Shown: in pieces, positions 28,016 to 37,074 of the stretch | Position numbering within the stretch: the stretch's first letter is position 1 | How the letters are laid out: each line of letters begins with the position of its first letter | Origin: Gammaproteobacteria bacterium | GTDB taxonomy: Bacteria > Pseudomonadota > Gammaproteobacteria > SZUA-229 | Direction of reading: 5' to 3' | Assembly (NCBI GenBank): GCA_015488295.1 | Contig: WFOC01000121.1 | Coordinates: 7,580 to 71,579 of the forward strand | DNA length: 64,000 nt | The notes under the pieces: generated by a model | Told to the model about the DNA's origin: nothing | Database searches by the model: none | The model's input: only the letters and a program-made list of their open reading frames with translations | Position numbers and translations under genes: made by a program

Positions 28016-28465
28016 TCAACCTAAATGGCCATAATATTTTTTCTCAATAGCATCTGGTTTCTTTGCTGTTTCTTCTTCATCTTCATAAATAATGTCATCA
28101 AGCCTGGGGGTGTCTTTTTTGCTGGCTTCTTTGACTTTTTCAAAATATTCATTTTTTTGTTGCCAGGTCTGCTGGGCTTTATCCAGATTGTCCTGGCTGG
28201 TGTTAACTTTGTATTCAACTACCTCTACAATCGAACTGATGTGTTTCATCAGTAACTGGTATTCACGCACATGGGCAGGTGTTAAGCCGCTTTCTCTGGC
28301 GTTGGCCAGACCGTCCAGGCATTCATTTTTATATTCGAGTAATGCCTCTAGCTGTGATTTTTGTTCTTTTGCCTGCTGTGAGCGAAATGCCATCTCGTTG
28401 TAGGCTTTGCTTTCCTGGCGGCGTGCTATGTCCAGATCAGTTCGCTCTTTTCCAAATTTATCCAT
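28016..28465 (-). CDS. FliJ-like coiled-coil protein (copy 1, directly after fliI)
   Basis: Start chosen at Met14 of the track ORF (28465), with GAGGA 10 nt upstream and 14 nt after the fliI stop. It aligns by eye with the downstream FliJ (SGLTPAHVREYQLLMKHISSIVEVVEYKV..AQQTWQQK versus AGLSVVQMQEYKIFINRLDEAIAQQKLQV..SQKEWMQK). Confidence 0.6.
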   Translation of the reverse strand: MDKFGKERTDLDIARRQESKAYNEMAFRSQQAKEQKSQLEALLEYKNECLDGLANARESGLTPAHVREYQLLMKHISSIVEVVEYKVNTSQDNLDKAQQTWQQKNEYFEKVKEASKKDTPRLDDIIYEDEEETAKKPDAIEKKYYGHLG

Positions 28466-28478
28466 TGTTCCAAATTCC

Positions 28479-29843
28479 TCAGTTTCCGGGGGTGCGGACA
28501 ACATCGATCAGCCCCTGCACGCTTTCGTTATAAGCAAAAGCGTCTCCAGTATCCTGCTGTAAAAAATTATTGAGTGAGTCATTGAAGTCGATGGCTTCAT
28601 CAATTGCACCATCACTGCCGTACTGATATGCACCAACGCTGATGAGGTCCTGGTTTTTCTGATAGGTTGAGTACATTTTTTTGAAGCGCTGTGCGGCCTG
28701 TTTATGTTCATCGCTGATGACATCGTTCATTACACGGCTGACTGAGGCTTCAATATCAATCGCCGGGAAGTGGCCCTCTTCAGCAATTGCACGTGACAAC
28801 ATGATGTGGCCATCGAGCACTGCACGGGCAGAATCAACGATGGGGTCATTGGTGTCATCGCCTTCTGCGAGTACTGTATAGAATGCTGTTATCGAGCCAC
28901 CCTTTTCGCCATTGTTGCCGGCGCGTTCTACCAGTTGTGGCAGTTTTGCAAACACGGAAGGTGGGTAGCCTTTGGTCGCCGGTGGTTCACCAATGGCAAG
29001 CGCAATTTCACGTTGTGCCTGTGCAAAACGGGTTAATGAATCCATGAGCAATAAAACGTTAAGACCTTTATCGCGAAAATATTCGGCGACGGTGGTTGCC
29101 AGCAGTGCACCGTGCATGCGCATCAATGGCGGACTGTCGGCCGGGCTGGCGATAACCACGGAGCGTTCCAGCCCCTGCTCGCCCAGAATTTTGTCGACAA
29201 AATCTTTTACTTCACGGCCACGTTCACCGATCAGACCAACGACGATAACATCGGCTTCGGTGTAACGTGTCATCATACCGAGCAGGACACTTTTACCGAC
29301 ACCACTGCCGGCGAATAAACCCAGGCGTTGGCCGCGGCCGACGGTGAGTAATGAATTAATGGCGGCGACACCGACATCCAGTGGTTCGTTGATTGCCCAG
29401 CGTGCCAGCGGGTTGACCTGTTTGCCTGCCAGTGGCAATGATGTGTCGCAGTGGATAGGCCCCTTGCCGTCCAGCGGTTTACCGGCGGCATCGATTACGC
29501 GGCCGAGCAGTTCGTCACCGACCTGTGCCCTGTACATGCCTTTGCCGGGTACTACGCGTGCATCCGGCACCAGGCCTTTGATGTCTCCTGTGGGCATGAG
29601 ATAAAGTCGTTCACCGGAAAAACCGACAACTTCGGCTTCGATCTCGCCTTCGCTGGATTCGACGGTGCAACGTGCACCAACAGCTGCCTGACAGCCGACG
29701 GTTTCCAGCGTAAGGCCGACCATGCGGTTGAGCTTGCCTTCGACAATCAATGGCACATCTTTCTGTGCGCGAGTCTGATATTTTTGCAGGTGCTCGCACC
29801 AGATGGCGCTGCGATTAAAGGCGGATGCGGTATCAGTCGTCAT
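28479..29843 (-). CDS. fliI: Flagellum-specific ATPase FliI
   Basis: 454 aa. Walker A GSGVGKS, Walker B LLLMDSLTR, F1/T3SS ATPase pattern. Confidence 0.95.
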   Translation of the reverse strand: MTTDTASAFNRSAIWCEHLQKYQTRAQKDVPLIVEGKLNRMVGLTLETVGCQAAVGARCTVESSEGEIEAEVVGFSGERLYLMPTGDIKGLVPDARVVPGKGMYRAQVGDELLGRVIDAAGKPLDGKGPIHCDTSLPLAGKQVNPLARWAINEPLDVGVAAINSLLTVGRGQRLGLFAGSGVGKSVLLGMMTRYTEADVIVVGLIGERGREVKDFVDKILGEQGLERSVVIASPADSPPLMRMHGALLATTVAEYFRDKGLNVLLLMDSLTRFAQAQREIALAIGEPPATKGYPPSVFAKLPQLVERAGNNGEKGGSITAFYTVLAEGDDTNDPIVDSARAVLDGHIMLSRAIAEEGHFPAIDIEASVSRVMNDVISDEHKQAAQRFKKMYSTYQKNQDLISVGAYQYGSDGAIDEAIDFNDSLNNFLQQDTGDAFAYNESVQGLIDVVRTPGN

Positions 29844-30510
29844 CGCGATAATCTACTTTGCGCTCACCACCCATGACTTCGGCGATGACGGTATTCATGC
29901 GTTTTTCGACAGTGGCATCGATGCGTGAGGTGTTGGTCAGCACACGACAGCCACCGCGGGTTAATAAACTGTCTTCAACAATTGTCCAGGCTGGTGTTGC
30001 TTCGGGATGTACCAGATTGTCGCGAATAATTTTTGCGTCTTCCGGGTGCAGCTCCAGGGTTATTTCAGCAGCGGCGACCGGTAATAAACTGAGCGCCTCT
30101 CTGACCACGGCGACGATTTCACCGGGGGATATTTTTAATTCGCGCCGGACCATTTGTCTGACCACGGCCATGCTCAGCTGTACCAGTTCATCGACAACCT
30201 GATTATCCAGATCTGATAACGGCATGCTTAATGTTGCCATCAGTGAATTCAGCCGGCCGACCTGCTCCTGAATTTCTTTCTGTCCCTGTGCGAGTCCTTC
30301 CATGTAACCCTTGGCGAAACTTTTTTCGTACGACTGCTGGCGAATCTGTTCCTGTTGTTCGTGGTGTGTGCCTGATTCCGGATTGACCAGTTTATAATCG
30401 TAGTCGTTGTTGCTGGTGCTGGTGTCCAGACTGGGTGCGCGCCATGGCTTGCAATTATCGGGCGCATCATAACTTATAACTCTAGACATATTCTTCATCT
30501 CCCTTACCAC
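29833..30510 (-). CDS. fliH: Flagellar assembly protein FliH
   Basis: 225 aa at the position between fliG and fliI. FliH-type helical N-terminus and C-terminal domain. The start is uncertain, with alternative Met codons at 30498 and 30489. Confidence 0.8.
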   Translation of the reverse strand: MVREMKNMSRVISYDAPDNCKPWRAPSLDTSTSNNDYDYKLVNPESGTHHEQQEQIRQQSYEKSFAKGYMEGLAQGQKEIQEQVGRLNSLMATLSMPLSDLDNQVVDELVQLSMAVVRQMVRRELKISPGEIVAVVREALSLLPVAAAEITLELHPEDAKIIRDNLVHPEATPAWTIVEDSLLTRGGCRVLTNTSRIDATVEKRMNTVIAEVMGGERKVDYRDDD

Positions 30511-31492
30511 CTAAGGATATTTCGCCGGCATCAGCCAGGCGTTTGGCGACAGCCAGTACTTCTTTCTGTGCATCTTCAACATCTTTCAGACGTACCGGAC
30601 CTTTGGCTTCCAGATCCTCGCGCATCATCTCGGCAGCGCGTGATGACATGTTGCTAAAGATTTTTTCCTTGATTGCATCGTCTGCACCTTTTAATGCCAG
30701 GATTAACTGTTCTGACTGAACTTCACGCAGTATCGTTTGCATGCCACGGTCATCAATTTCCAGCAGGTTGTCAAAGACAAACATCTGTCCCTGGATTTCC
30801 TGTGCCAGTTCGGCATCGTGTTCGGTAATGGCTTCGGTGATGGCAGATTCCATTTCGCCGTCCATGAAGTTAAGAATGCCGGCAGCGGTTTTAATGCCAC
30901 CGACACCGGAGCTCTGTACATTACTGTTGCCGGCAAACTGTTTTTCCAGAACCTGGTTTAGTTCCTGCAGTGCAGCTGGCGGTACACCGTCGAGGGTGGC
31001 AATGCGCATTAAAACGTCTGAGCGTGCACGTTCCGGCAGATGTTGTAATACTTCGGCGGCATGTTCGCTTTCCAGGTATGAAAGTACGATGGCGATGATC
31101 TGCGGGTGTTCGTTCTGCACTACGCCGGCCACTGAGCGCGGGTCCATCCATTTTAGTGAATCCAGCCCTTTGGAATTCTTGCCCAGCAAAATGCGATCAA
31201 TAACATTGCTCGCTTTGTCTTCACCGAGTGCAGAGGTCAGCATGTTTCTGATGTATTCATCTGAATCAACGCCGACACCGGACTGTTTGTTGGCCTCTTC
31301 GACGAAAGCACCCAGTACGTATTCGACTTTTTCATTGGAAACGTTACTGAGCGATGCCATGATCGTGCCTATTTTCTGCACTTCTTTTGGCCCCATGTGT
31401 TTCAGTACTTCGGCGGCTTTCTGCTCACCGAGACTCATCATAAATATGGCGGCTCGCTCTGAGCCTGATACGTTATCGATGGTATCACTCAT
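30482..31492 (-). CDS. fliG: Flagellar motor switch protein FliG
   Basis: 336 aa. GSERAAIFMMSLGEQKAAEVLKHM and the C-terminal torque-helix region. Confidence 0.95.
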   Translation of the reverse strand: MSDTIDNVSGSERAAIFMMSLGEQKAAEVLKHMGPKEVQKIGTIMASLSNVSNEKVEYVLGAFVEEANKQSGVGVDSDEYIRNMLTSALGEDKASNVIDRILLGKNSKGLDSLKWMDPRSVAGVVQNEHPQIIAIVLSYLESEHAAEVLQHLPERARSDVLMRIATLDGVPPAALQELNQVLEKQFAGNSNVQSSGVGGIKTAAGILNFMDGEMESAITEAITEHDAELAQEIQGQMFVFDNLLEIDDRGMQTILREVQSEQLILALKGADDAIKEKIFSNMSSRAAEMMREDLEAKGPVRLKDVEDAQKEVLAVAKRLADAGEISLGGKGDEEYV

Positions 31493-33101
31493 CTTTTTCT
31501 ACCCATGAATTCAATACCTGTGCAACACGTTTGGGATCTTCTTTAACCATGGTGCTGGCTACATCCATCAGTTGCTGACTGTTCGGTGGTTGCTGATTAC
31601 TTAATGTGAGCTGGTCTTCACCGGCGTTAATATCGCCGCTTTGTGATTCCTGTGGCAAGGCAGCATAATTTTCTTCGAGACTTTCACCCTGTTTTGCCAG
31701 ATTGCTGAGCATGGGGCGTAACACACCGAATGCAATCAGCAATACAACCAGGCCGCCAAGTAACTGCTTGGCCAGGGTCAATGCCCATGGCTGTTCCCAG
31801 ATTGGCAGCTCAGGCAGTGGTTCAACTTCTTCGGGTAACTGGAATGGTGTGTTGACGATTTTTATGGTGTCGCCACGTGTTTCATCCAGGCCAACGGCTT
31901 CTTTAATCAGCATGGTCAGGCGCTGCATTTCTTCTTCGTTTAATGGCTCGCGTTTTACTTTGCCTTTTTTGTTGACGGTTGAACGGTAATCGATAACAAC
32001 GGCAACGGACAGACGTTTTAATGTGATGGGTGACTGGCGTGTATGACTGATGGTGCGGTCAATTTCATAATTACGTACTGTGCGAGATGATTTATTGCCG
32101 GATGCGTTTTCCAGACCCTGGGCGTTTTGTCCGCCTGCCAGTGTTCCGCCAGCGGGTGGCTGGTTGCTTAATGCACCGGGAATACCGGAGGGGCCGGACT
32201 GGTTGCTGTTTTGTTCGAACAGCTGTTCACTGCGCACCACGCGTTGATCCGGCTGGTAGCTTTCTCTGGTTTCTTCCTGTGAGGTAAAGTCGATATCGGC
32301 CACTACCTGCGCCCGCACACCTTCGATGCCGCTTACTGGTGAGACGATGTCGAGGATGCGATTGACATAACGTTCTTCCAGTTTTCGTGTGTAGTCAAAC
32401 TGTGTGCTGGTCAGCAACATATCCGAACGACTGCCTTTGCTGCTGAGCAAGCGCCCTTTGCCGTCGACCACAGTTACCTGTTCAGCATCCAGCCCCGGCA
32501 CACTGGATGCGACGATGTTTACGATAGAAGCTGTTTGTGTATCATCAACAACCCAGCCCGGCGCGATGTTGAGCACCACGGAGGCAGCGGGTTTGCTTAT
32601 TTTTCGCATGAAGGCGGACTGTTTGGGAATGGCCAGATGCACGCGTGCACTTTCAACAAAATTCAGTTGAGAAATGGACTGTGAAAGCTCGCCTTCGATG
32701 GCGCGTTTGTAACGTGCTTTCAGTAAAAAGCTGCTGCTGCCCAGGCCCTGGTTTTTATCAAGTAATTCGTAACCGACCACACCACCGGGGGCGATGCTGG
32801 TTGATGCCAGTTTCATTCGTGCTTCGTTTAATTTTTCAGAAGGAACCAGTAAGCCGCCGTTGCCTTCGAACTTGTATTTGATGCCAGCGCTTTCCAGTGA
32901 TTTGGTTACCTGTGATAAATCTTTTGCTGACAGGTTGCCGTACAGCATGCTGTAGTTAGGGGTCTGCGACCACATTGCAACAGTGACACCGAGGGCGACA
33001 CTTATTGCAAGGCCGATCATTAAACCTAACTGACGAAATGCCGGTAAGGAATTAAATCCCCGACTTCCTACTGCTAAATCATCTGCTGTTACTAGTGCCA
33101 T
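31485..33101 (-). CDS. fliF: Flagellar MS-ring protein FliF
   Basis: 538 aa with two TM segments flanking a large periplasmic ring domain. Synteny fliE-fliF-fliG. Confidence 0.95.
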   Translation of the reverse strand: MALVTADDLAVGSRGFNSLPAFRQLGLMIGLAISVALGVTVAMWSQTPNYSMLYGNLSAKDLSQVTKSLESAGIKYKFEGNGGLLVPSEKLNEARMKLASTSIAPGGVVGYELLDKNQGLGSSSFLLKARYKRAIEGELSQSISQLNFVESARVHLAIPKQSAFMRKISKPAASVVLNIAPGWVVDDTQTASIVNIVASSVPGLDAEQVTVVDGKGRLLSSKGSRSDMLLTSTQFDYTRKLEERYVNRILDIVSPVSGIEGVRAQVVADIDFTSQEETRESYQPDQRVVRSEQLFEQNSNQSGPSGIPGALSNQPPAGGTLAGGQNAQGLENASGNKSSRTVRNYEIDRTISHTRQSPITLKRLSVAVVIDYRSTVNKKGKVKREPLNEEEMQRLTMLIKEAVGLDETRGDTIKIVNTPFQLPEEVEPLPELPIWEQPWALTLAKQLLGGLVVLLIAFGVLRPMLSNLAKQGESLEENYAALPQESQSGDINAGEDQLTLSNQQPPNSQQLMDVASTMVKEDPKRVAQVLNSWVEKDE

Positions 33102-33153
33102 TTACATACCCTTAAAATATTTATTGCTGATTTTCTGTGCTTTTATAAAACGC

Positions 33154-33486
33154 TTAAACCGACATGTTCATAACTTCTTTATATGCTGAAACCAGGTTGT
33201 TTCTTACCTGTGTCATCGCCTGAAATGAAACGCTGGCTTTTTGAATGGCAATCATTACTTCACTCAGATCTACCGACGGATCACCGGATTCAAAAGCGGT
33301 TGCCATACCAGATGCTGTTTTTTGCATGTGATTAACCTGGTTCACAGAATCTTTCAGTAACTGTGAAAAATCAGGTTTTGATATTTCTGCGGTCGGATCG
33401 AGTGGCAGTTTGTTTCCTGCCATCGAACTCATGTCGCGCATTTGCTGTAATACTTGATTTATTTCTACACTACTCATTGTGTTCAC
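33154..33486 (-). CDS. fliE: Flagellar hook-basal body protein FliE
   Basis: 110 aa. C-terminal VMIAIQKASVSFQAMTQVRNNLVSAYKEVMNM. Confidence 0.9.
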   Translation of the reverse strand: MNTMSSVEINQVLQQMRDMSSMAGNKLPLDPTAEISKPDFSQLLKDSVNQVNHMQKTASGMATAFESGDPSVDLSEVMIAIQKASVSFQAMTQVRNNLVSAYKEVMNMSV

Positions 33487-33525
33487 CTGTTTACGTTGTT
33501 CGCTTTATCTTTGTTTAGTGTTTTA

Positions 33526-34872
33526 TCAGGCCGGTATTGCAACACCGGCATCTCGCATTTTTGCCAGTTTGTAACGCAGCGTGCGTGAGCTGATGCCCAG
33601 TCGTTCGGCAACTTCCTTGCGGCTGTTTCTGGCTTTTAATGCAGAGATAATCAGATCCTGTTCACGGGTTTTAAGGTCAGTGCTGAGATCTGGCTCAAAT
33701 GTTTCCTGTTTGTTTTTAATCGGTGCATGCAGTTTGAATTCCTGCGTGCTGTGCTCGATGTGTATGTCTTTATCTTCAATGATGTTGCCTGATTTAAGAA
33801 TCAGGGCACGTTGTACTACGTTATCCAGCTCACGCACATTGCCGGGCCAGGCGTGGGTTTTTAACAGCATATTTGCTGATTCAGAAAAATATACCGGCTC
33901 GCTGATGTTGGTGTGCAGGTTCAATATTTTGTTTGCCAGTGGCAGTATGTCGTCGCTGCGGTCACGTAATGGTGGAATGCATAATGGAAAAACGTTCAGG
34001 CGGTAGAACAGATCTTCACGAAACTGCCCTTCGGCAACCGCCTGATAGATATTACGGTTGGTGGTTGACAGAATTCTGACATCGAGTGCGATGGCTTTTC
34101 TGCCACCCAGGCGTTCGACTTCACGCTCCTGCAGGACGCGTAATAATTTTGCCTGCAGGGCAAAGTCCATTTCTGTTATCTCGTCGAGTAACAAAGTGCC
34201 GCCCTGCGCCTGTTCGAATTTTCCTGCCTTGGATTTATAAGCGCCGGTGAATGCGCCTTTTTCGTAGCCGAATAATTCAGATTCAAGCATGTTCTCCGGA
34301 ATGGCGGCACAGTTGATAGCGACGAACGGGCCGGATGAACGGGATGAGTTTTCGTGGATGAAGCGTGAGATCACTTCTTTGCCGACACCTGATTCCCCGC
34401 TTATCATAACGCTGGCTTCGGTTAGTGCAACGCGTTTTGCGACTTCGGCGAGTTGCACGCTGTGTTGATCAACAGCAATGAATCCATCGTTGCGCGAGCT
34501 GGTTATTGGTGAGATAAAACGGCCAACCATTTCGATCAGCGTGTCTGATTCAAAAGGTTTGGTCAGGTAATCTGCAGCACCGTCGTGTAGTGTCTGCACG
34601 GCTTTTTCAATGGTGCCATAGGCCGTCATCAGAATGAACGGGATTGCCGGGAAGTTTTCTTTGCAATTATTCAACAGTTCATAGCCACCCATAGGATGCA
34701 TCTGCACGTCACTTAGCAGCAAGGCGATGTCATTATTGCTGTGTAATATTTCCAGCGCTTCCTCGCCATGACTGGCAGTGGCTACCCTGTAACCTTCAAG
34801 TCGCAGTGTTTCTGATAATACCTCTCGTAGAGACTGATCATCTTCGACGATTAAAACTGTATTCTGCTTCAT
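33526..34872 (-). CDS. flrC: Sigma54-dependent response regulator FlrC/FleR (REC, AAA+, HTH)
   Basis: 448 aa. REC (LIVEDDQSLR, SDVQMHPMGG), AAA+ (GESGVGKE, GAFTGA, ELFG), C-terminal Fis-type HTH. Confidence 0.9.
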   Translation of the reverse strand: MKQNTVLIVEDDQSLREVLSETLRLEGYRVATASHGEEALEILHSNNDIALLLSDVQMHPMGGYELLNNCKENFPAIPFILMTAYGTIEKAVQTLHDGAADYLTKPFESDTLIEMVGRFISPITSSRNDGFIAVDQHSVQLAEVAKRVALTEASVMISGESGVGKEVISRFIHENSSRSSGPFVAINCAAIPENMLESELFGYEKGAFTGAYKSKAGKFEQAQGGTLLLDEITEMDFALQAKLLRVLQEREVERLGGRKAIALDVRILSTTNRNIYQAVAEGQFREDLFYRLNVFPLCIPPLRDRSDDILPLANKILNLHTNISEPVYFSESANMLLKTHAWPGNVRELDNVVQRALILKSGNIIEDKDIHIEHSTQEFKLHAPIKNKQETFEPDLSTDLKTREQDLIISALKARNSRKEVAERLGISSRTLRYKLAKMRDAGVAIPA

Positions 34873-36095
34873 AATTCAACCTCTTGACCGTCTGTTACTC
34901 TCAGATTTGTTTGTGCGGTTAATGTGCTGGGCAACATGCCGTTTTCTTCAGCACATGGGAACTGGATGTTAAAATTGCTGCCCTCTCCGTATTTTGAGTC
35001 AATACGCAGCTCACCGTTATAACGGTTGATGGTGGCGTTGACCACGGCAAGTCCCAGACCGGTGCCGTTGGTACGGGTGGTGAAAAATGGTTCCAGTATT
35101 TTTTTCAGGGTTTGTTCTTTCATGCCACAGCCGTTGTCTTTAATGTTTATTTCAAATTTATTTTTGCTGTTTAAAAAAGCAGATATTTCGATACGGGTTC
35201 TGTTTTCATGGTTTTTTTCACAGGCGGCGATAGCGTTGTCGACAATGTTCTGGATAGCGCTTAACAGTGCGTCCTGATTTGCTCTAACAGCAATGTTGTT
35301 TAAATTGTCATTCAGACGCAGTGAAATTTCCTGTGATTTATAACCAGGCTCGAGCAGGCTTTTTAGCTGTATAAAGAATCTGTCAACGTGCATGTACTCT
35401 GCATCGGATACATCTCCTCGGGCAAAAATCAGCATGTCATCCACCATACGTTGCAGGTAGCGCAATCTTTCTTTGGCGTTTTCGGTGAACTGTTGTCGCC
35501 GGTCTTCGTTGTTGGCCGGATGACTGGAATTGGATATGTTGAGCAGAGCTGATGACAGTGGCGTGCGTATTTGATGTGCCAGGCTGGCAATCATTTCACC
35601 CAGTGAGCTCAAGCGTTGCTGGCGATTAAGCTTTTCGTGAAGGGCGTGTGTTTCACTGACATCCGAGATCAGCATGATTTTTTCAGAAGCCTGGTTTAAC
35701 TGGCATGCTGACAGATTGACCCAGCGACCATCTTTTAAGCGCAGTTCGTCACCATCGTTTATAAAGGCATCAGCAGCAATTTTTTCCCAGTGAGTGGTTT
35801 CGCTGCCGAGCATTTGCTGGGCAATACAGTTGCTCTGTGTGATGTGGCCGCTTGAATCAAGAACCACCACGCCTGCGGGCAGTGCGTCGAATAAACTTTC
35901 CAGTCTTTTTGCCAGCTTTTCTTTTTCCGCCAGTTCGACAAGTCGTTTGCTTCGCTCTTTCGCCAGTTCTTTTGACAGACGAGTAACCTGCTGTTCCAGG
36001 TCGCCGTATGAATCGGCAAGTTTTTCAGAAAACTGATTAAACAGATGAAAAGCATTTTCAAGTTGTTCGCCGGCTTCATTAATCTGACTGTACAT
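34869..36095 (-). CDS. flrB: Sensor histidine kinase FlrB/FleS (cytoplasmic PAS, HisKA, HATPase)
   Basis: 408 aa. H box [13 protein letters not shown] box [20 protein letters not shown]. 4-nt overlap with flrC. Confidence 0.9.
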   Translation of the reverse strand: MYSQINEAGEQLENAFHLFNQFSEKLADSYGDLEQQVTRLSKELAKERSKRLVELAEKEKLAKRLESLFDALPAGVVVLDSSGHITQSNCIAQQMLGSETTHWEKIAADAFINDGDELRLKDGRWVNLSACQLNQASEKIMLISDVSETHALHEKLNRQQRLSSLGEMIASLAHQIRTPLSSALLNISNSSHPANNEDRRQQFTENAKERLRYLQRMVDDMLIFARGDVSDAEYMHVDRFFIQLKSLLEPGYKSQEISLRLNDNLNNIAVRANQDALLSAIQNIVDNAIAACEKNHENRTRIEISAFLNSKNKFEINIKDNGCGMKEQTLKKILEPFFTTRTNGTGLGLAVVNATINRYNGELRIDSKYGEGSNFNIQFPCAEENGMLPSTLTAQTNLRVTDGQEVEL

Positions 36096-36133
36096 GTTTC
36101 ACTCTCGTTATATTATTCTTCTGCAATCATCAA

Positions 36134-36149
36134 AGCAAAGAGCGTGCCA
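36134..36149 (-). promoter_or_regulatory. Sigma54 promoter of flrBC
   Basis: Minus-strand reading TGGCACGCTCTTTGCT, about 40 nt upstream of the flrB ATG. Confidence 0.6.
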
Positions 36150-36197
36150 CTTTTTTAAATCTATATTTATCATTAACTTAGGTGTGGTGCATGAGTG

Positions 36198-36217
36198 CCT
36201 GACAAGATTTTGTCAGG
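36198..36217. promoter_or_regulatory. Inverted repeat CCTGACAA-gatt-TTGTCAGG, candidate enhancer/operator about 84 bp upstream of the flrB sigma54 start
   Basis: Perfect 8-bp arms. The related direct repeat AGTGCCTG(A/T)CA occurs at 36194 and 36227. Confidence 0.35.
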
Positions 36218-36284
36218 TGATTTAAAAGTGCCTGTCAGCATTATGTCGCCACATAACTGGCGCATAAAATATGCAAATTCTGTT

Positions 36285-36311
36285 TAAGAAAAAGCCTGTT
36301 GCTGCCGATAC
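36285..36311 (+). promoter_or_regulatory. Sigma28-type promoter candidate for the 162-aa orphan
   Basis: Plus-strand TAAGAAAA-N11-GCCGATAC. The -10 matches 7/8 and the -35 is weak. It ends 28 nt before the ATG at 36340. Confidence 0.45.
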
Positions 36312-36339
36312 CTTGCATATAGATAACGGGATTTAAACT

Positions 36340-36828
36340 ATGTCTTTATATTCGATTGATAAATTGATTAATGAAACGCGTCGCCTGGCGGCTGAATTCA
36401 AGCGCACCACAGGTACTATGTTGCCTGTTTCGGGCGAGATAGCACGCTATGATGTTTCTCACCATCTTGATCTGGCATTAAGCAATGATCATACCTGTGG
36501 TTATGATGCTATCGGCAGCGGCGTACGTGAAGGCCTGCGGGTGCAGATAAAGAGCCGCGTTATTGGTGATGCAGTTAAATCCGGCCACCGGCTTGGGCAG
36601 TTAAATACCAATGGTAACTGGGACATTGTGATCCTGTCTTTGATGGATGATGAATTTGAACCGATAGAGATGTATCAGATTAGTCGTGAAAGAATCATTG
36701 ATGTTCTGAATGCGACCAGCAAGAAAAACCGTACTATGTCGGTTGCCAAATTCAAGATTATCAGTGACCTGGTCTGGTCGAAACAGGATGGTGTTTTAAC
36801 TCACCAGGAATACAAAAAAGTTTTATAA
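36340..36828 (+). CDS. Hypothetical 162-aa cytoplasmic protein with a PD-(D/E)xK-like motif arrangement; the only plus-strand gene inside the flagellar regulon
   Basis: Clean ORF. E33 ... GYD56 ... VQ69-I-K71 spacing resembles a restriction-endonuclease-fold core. No TM or signal peptide. The family assignment was not verified. Confidence 0.55.
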   Translation: MSLYSIDKLINETRRLAAEFKRTTGTMLPVSGEIARYDVSHHLDLALSNDHTCGYDAIGSGVREGLRVQIKSRVIGDAVKSGHRLGQLNTNGNWDIVILSLMDDEFEPIEMYQISRERIIDVLNATSKKNRTMSVAKFKIISDLVWSKQDGVLTHQEYKKVL

Positions 36829-36980
36829 CCCCTCTCCTGCCGTACCGGCAAGCAACGATGCGTTGCATGGCAATCATGTCTGTGATTGATATTTTTTATT
36901 GAGATTTTTGAAAACCGGAATGTTTTAAAGCAGTCGGTGTTAATAGCGGGTGCCGGATCTGGCAGGTTTGTGGGCTTATG

Positions 36981-37039
36981 CCTCTGTTCCTGTCAAGCAA
37001 CTGAAAACAGATGACATGCAGAACAGAGGTGTTTTTTCC
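36981..37039 (+). terminator. Stem-loop plus T-tract (possibly bidirectional, lying between the orphan and fliT)
   Basis: CCTCTGTTC ... GAACAGAGG (9-bp stem with inner TGTCA/TGACA pairing) followed by TGTTTTTTCC. An A-tract sits on the other side. Confidence 0.45.
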
Positions 37040-37074
37040 TGGGTGTCTACCCGATGGGTGTATTTGCCAGTGCT

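Noticed and set aside
28466-28504. An extension of the FliJ-like ORF overlapping the fliI 3-prime end.
   Set aside because: The internal ATG at 28465 has a GAGGA RBS and removes the 26-nt overlap.
33487-33620. A search for a sigma54 or sigma28 promoter for fliE in the 39-bp flrC-fliE gap and the flrC 3-prime end.
   Set aside because: No GG-N10-GC element with TGGCA/TTGC context and no GCCGATAA-like element was found. fliE may be read through from flrBC or use a promoter I cannot recognise.
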